A DNA stretch of 64,000 nucleotides from the human T2T-CHM13v2.0 reference genome, Homo sapiens, in NCBI RefSeq assembly GCF_009914755.1, contig NC_060939.1, one strand, 5' to 3'. The first letter of the stretch is position 1; each line of letters starts with the position of its first letter. The notes under the pieces were generated by a model, which was given only the letters and a program-made list of their open reading frames with translations, was not told where the DNA came from and made no database searches. Made by a program: the position numbers and the translations under genes. Below are positions 61,256 through 64,000 of the stretch, one piece after another.

Positions 61256-64000
61256 CCCTTTTTTATTATTATACTTTAAGTTCTGGGGTACATGTGCAGA
61301 ACGTGCAGGCTTGTTACATAGGCATACACATGCCTTGGTGGTTTGCTGCACCCATCAACCCGTCATCTACATTAGGTATTTCTCCTAATGCTATCCCTCC
61401 CCTAGCTCCCCACCCCACAACAGGCCCCAGTGTGTGATGTTCCCCTCCCTATGTCCATGTGTTCTCATTGTTCAACTCCCACTTATGAGTGAGAACATGT
61501 GGTGTTTGATTTTCTGTTCTTGTGTTTGCTGAGAATGATGGTTGCCAGCTTCATCCATGTCCCTGCAAAGGACATGAACTTATCCTTTTTTATAGCTGTG
61601 TGGTATTCCATGGTGTATATGTGCCACACTTTCTTTATCCAGTCTATCACTGATGGGCATTTGGGTTGGTTCCAAGTCTTTGCTATTGTGAACAGTGCTG
61701 TAATTAACATATGTGTGCATGTGTCTTTATAGTAGAATGATTTATAGTCCTTTGGGTATATACCCAGAATTGGAATGCTGGGTCAAATGGTATTTCTGGT
61801 TCTAGATCCTTGAGGAATCACCATACTGTCTTCCACAATGATTGAACTAATTTACACTCCCACCAACAGTGTAAAAGCATTCCTATTTCTCCACCTCTCC
61901 AGCATCTGTTGTTTCCTGACTTTTTAATAATTTCCATTCTAACTGGCATGAGATGGTATCTCATTGTGGTTTTGATTTATATTTCTCTAATGATGAGTGA
62001 TGATGAGTTTTTTTTCATATGTTTGTTGGCTGCATAAATGTCTTCTTTTGAGAAGTGTCTGTTCATATCCTTGGCCCACTTTTTGATGGGGTTTTTTTTT
62101 CATGTAAATTTGTTTAAGTTCTTTGTAGATTCTGGATCTTAGCCCTTTGTCACATGGATAGATTACAAAAGTTTTCTCCCACTCTGTAGGTTGCCTGATC
62201 AGTCTGATGATAGTTTCTTTGGCTGTGCAGGAGCTCTTTAGTTTAATTAGATCCCATTTGTCAATTTTGGCTTTTGTTGCCATTGCTTTTGGTGTTTTAG
62301 TCATGAAGTCCTTGCCCATGCCTATGTCCTGAATGGTATTGCCTAGGTTTTCTTCCAGGGTTTTTATGGTTTTAGGTCTTATGTTTAAGTCTTTAATCCA
62401 TCTTGAGTTAATTTTTGTATAAGATGTGAGGAAGGGGTCCAGTTTCAGTTTTCTGCATATGGCTAGCCAGTTTTCCCAACACCATTTATTAAATAGGGAG
62501 TCCTTTCCCCATTTCTTGTTTCTGTCAGGTTTGTCAAAGATCCGATGGTTGTAGATGTGTGGTGTTATTTCTGAGGGCTCTGTTCTGTTCCATTGGTCTA
62601 CATCTCTGTTTTGGTACCAGTATCATGCTGTTTTGGTTACCGTAGCCTTGTAGTATAGTTTGAAGTCAAGTAGCATGATGCCTCCAGCTTTGTTCTTTTT
62701 GCTTAGGATTGTCTTGGCTATGCGGGCTCTTTTTTGGTTCCATATGAAATTTAAAGTAGTTTTTTTCCAATTCTGTGAAGAAAGTCAATGGTAGCTTGAT
62801 GGAGATAGCATTGAATCTATAAATTACTTTGGGCAGTATGGCCATTTTCATAATATTGATTCTTCCTATCCATGAGCATGGAATGTTTTACCATTTGTTT
62901 GTGTCCTCTCTTATTTCCTTGAGCAGTGATTTGTAGTTCTACTTGAAGAAGTACTTCACATCCCTTGTGAGTTGGATTCCTAAGTATTTTATTCTCTTTG
63001 TGGCAGTTGTGAATGGGAGTTTACTCATGATTTGGCTCTCTGTTTGTCTATTATTGGTGTATAGGAAAGCTTGTGATTTTTCCATATTGATTTTGTATCC
63101 TGAGACTTGCTGAAGTTGCTTAAGGAGATTTTGGGCTGAGACGATGGGGTTTTCTAAATATACAATCATGTCATCTGCAAACAGAGACAATTTGACTTCC
63201 TTTCTTCCTATTTGAATACCCTTTATTTCTTTCTCTTGCCTGATTGCCCTGGCCAGAACTTCCAATACTATGTTGAATGGGAGTGGTGAGAGAGGGCATC
63301 CTTGTCTTGTGCCAGTTTTCAAAGGGAATGCTTCCAGTTTTGCCCATTCAGTATGATATTGGCTATGAGTTTGTCATAAACAGCTCTTATTATTTTGAGA
63401 TACGTTCCATCAATACCTAGTTTAAAGAGATTTTTAAGGGGTGCTGAATTTTATCAAAGGACTTTTCTGCATCTATTGAGATAATCATGTGGTTTTTTTC
63501 ATTGGTTCTGTTTATGTGATGGATTATGTTTATTAATTTGCATATGTTGAACTAGCCTTGCATCCCAGAGATGAAGCCAAATTGATCGTGGTGGATAAGC
63601 TTTTTGACGTGCTGCTGGATTTGGTTTACCACTATTTTATTGAGGATTTTTATATCAATGTTCATCAGGGATATTGGTTTGAAATTTTTTGCTGTTGTTT
63701 TGTCTCTGCCAGGTGTTGGTATCAGGATGATGCTGGCCTCATAAAATGAGTTAAGGAGGATTCCCTCTTTTTCTATTGTTTGGAATAGTTTCAGAAGGAA
63801 TGGTACCAGCTCCTCCTTGTACCTCTGGTAGAATTCAGCTGTGAATCCGTCTGGTCCTGGACTTTTTTTGGTTGGTAGATGATTAATTACTGCCTCAATT
63901 TCAGAACTTGTTATTGGTCTATTCATGGATTTGACTTCTTCCTGGTTTAGACTTGGGAGGGTGTATGTATCCAGGAATTTATCCATTTCTTCTAGATTTT
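61256..64000 (-). mobile_element. L1PA (L1PA6-8-like) 3' UTR and ORF2, continuing past the window end
   Basis: Canonical L1PA 3' end. ORF2 pieces [11 protein letters not shown].., [21 protein letters not shown] and [23 protein letters not shown], broken by frameshifts. Confidence 0.95.

Noticed and set aside
61987-63986. L1 ORF2 as an active retrotransposon
   Set aside because: Multiple frameshifts and stop codons, and an older L1PA 3' UTR.

Overview
Primate, almost certainly human, non-coding genomic DNA with the layout of a pericentromeric or acrocentric-type segmental-duplication mosaic. No intact protein-coding gene is present. From left to right: old L1 fragments; a ~2.9 kb (CATTT/CATCT)n satellite; a ~5.4 kb switch-region-like CAGGG array with an internal inversion; a GC-rich ~40-bp repeat array split by an L1 ORF2 fragment; an interstitial TAR1 (telomere-associated) CpG island with an expanded 18/26-bp GC VNTR and a strong splice donor; eight consecutive exons of an unprocessed, truncated BMS1 pseudogene (about exons 14-21, carrying two frameshifts and two nonsense codons); an Alu-rich block with a second CpG island, a nested Tigger3, an ERVL dUTPase relic and a young AluYc1-like element; and an Alu-free block with CTCF/RFX motifs ending in an L1PA. 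Most ORFs in the supplied track are repeat artefacts. The most interesting hypothesis is a chimeric transcription unit in which a relict subtelomeric TAR1 promoter is spliced onto the BMS1 pseudogene exons. Repeat family names and comparisons to BMS1 come from recalled consensus sequences, not from a search, and repeat boundaries are approximate.
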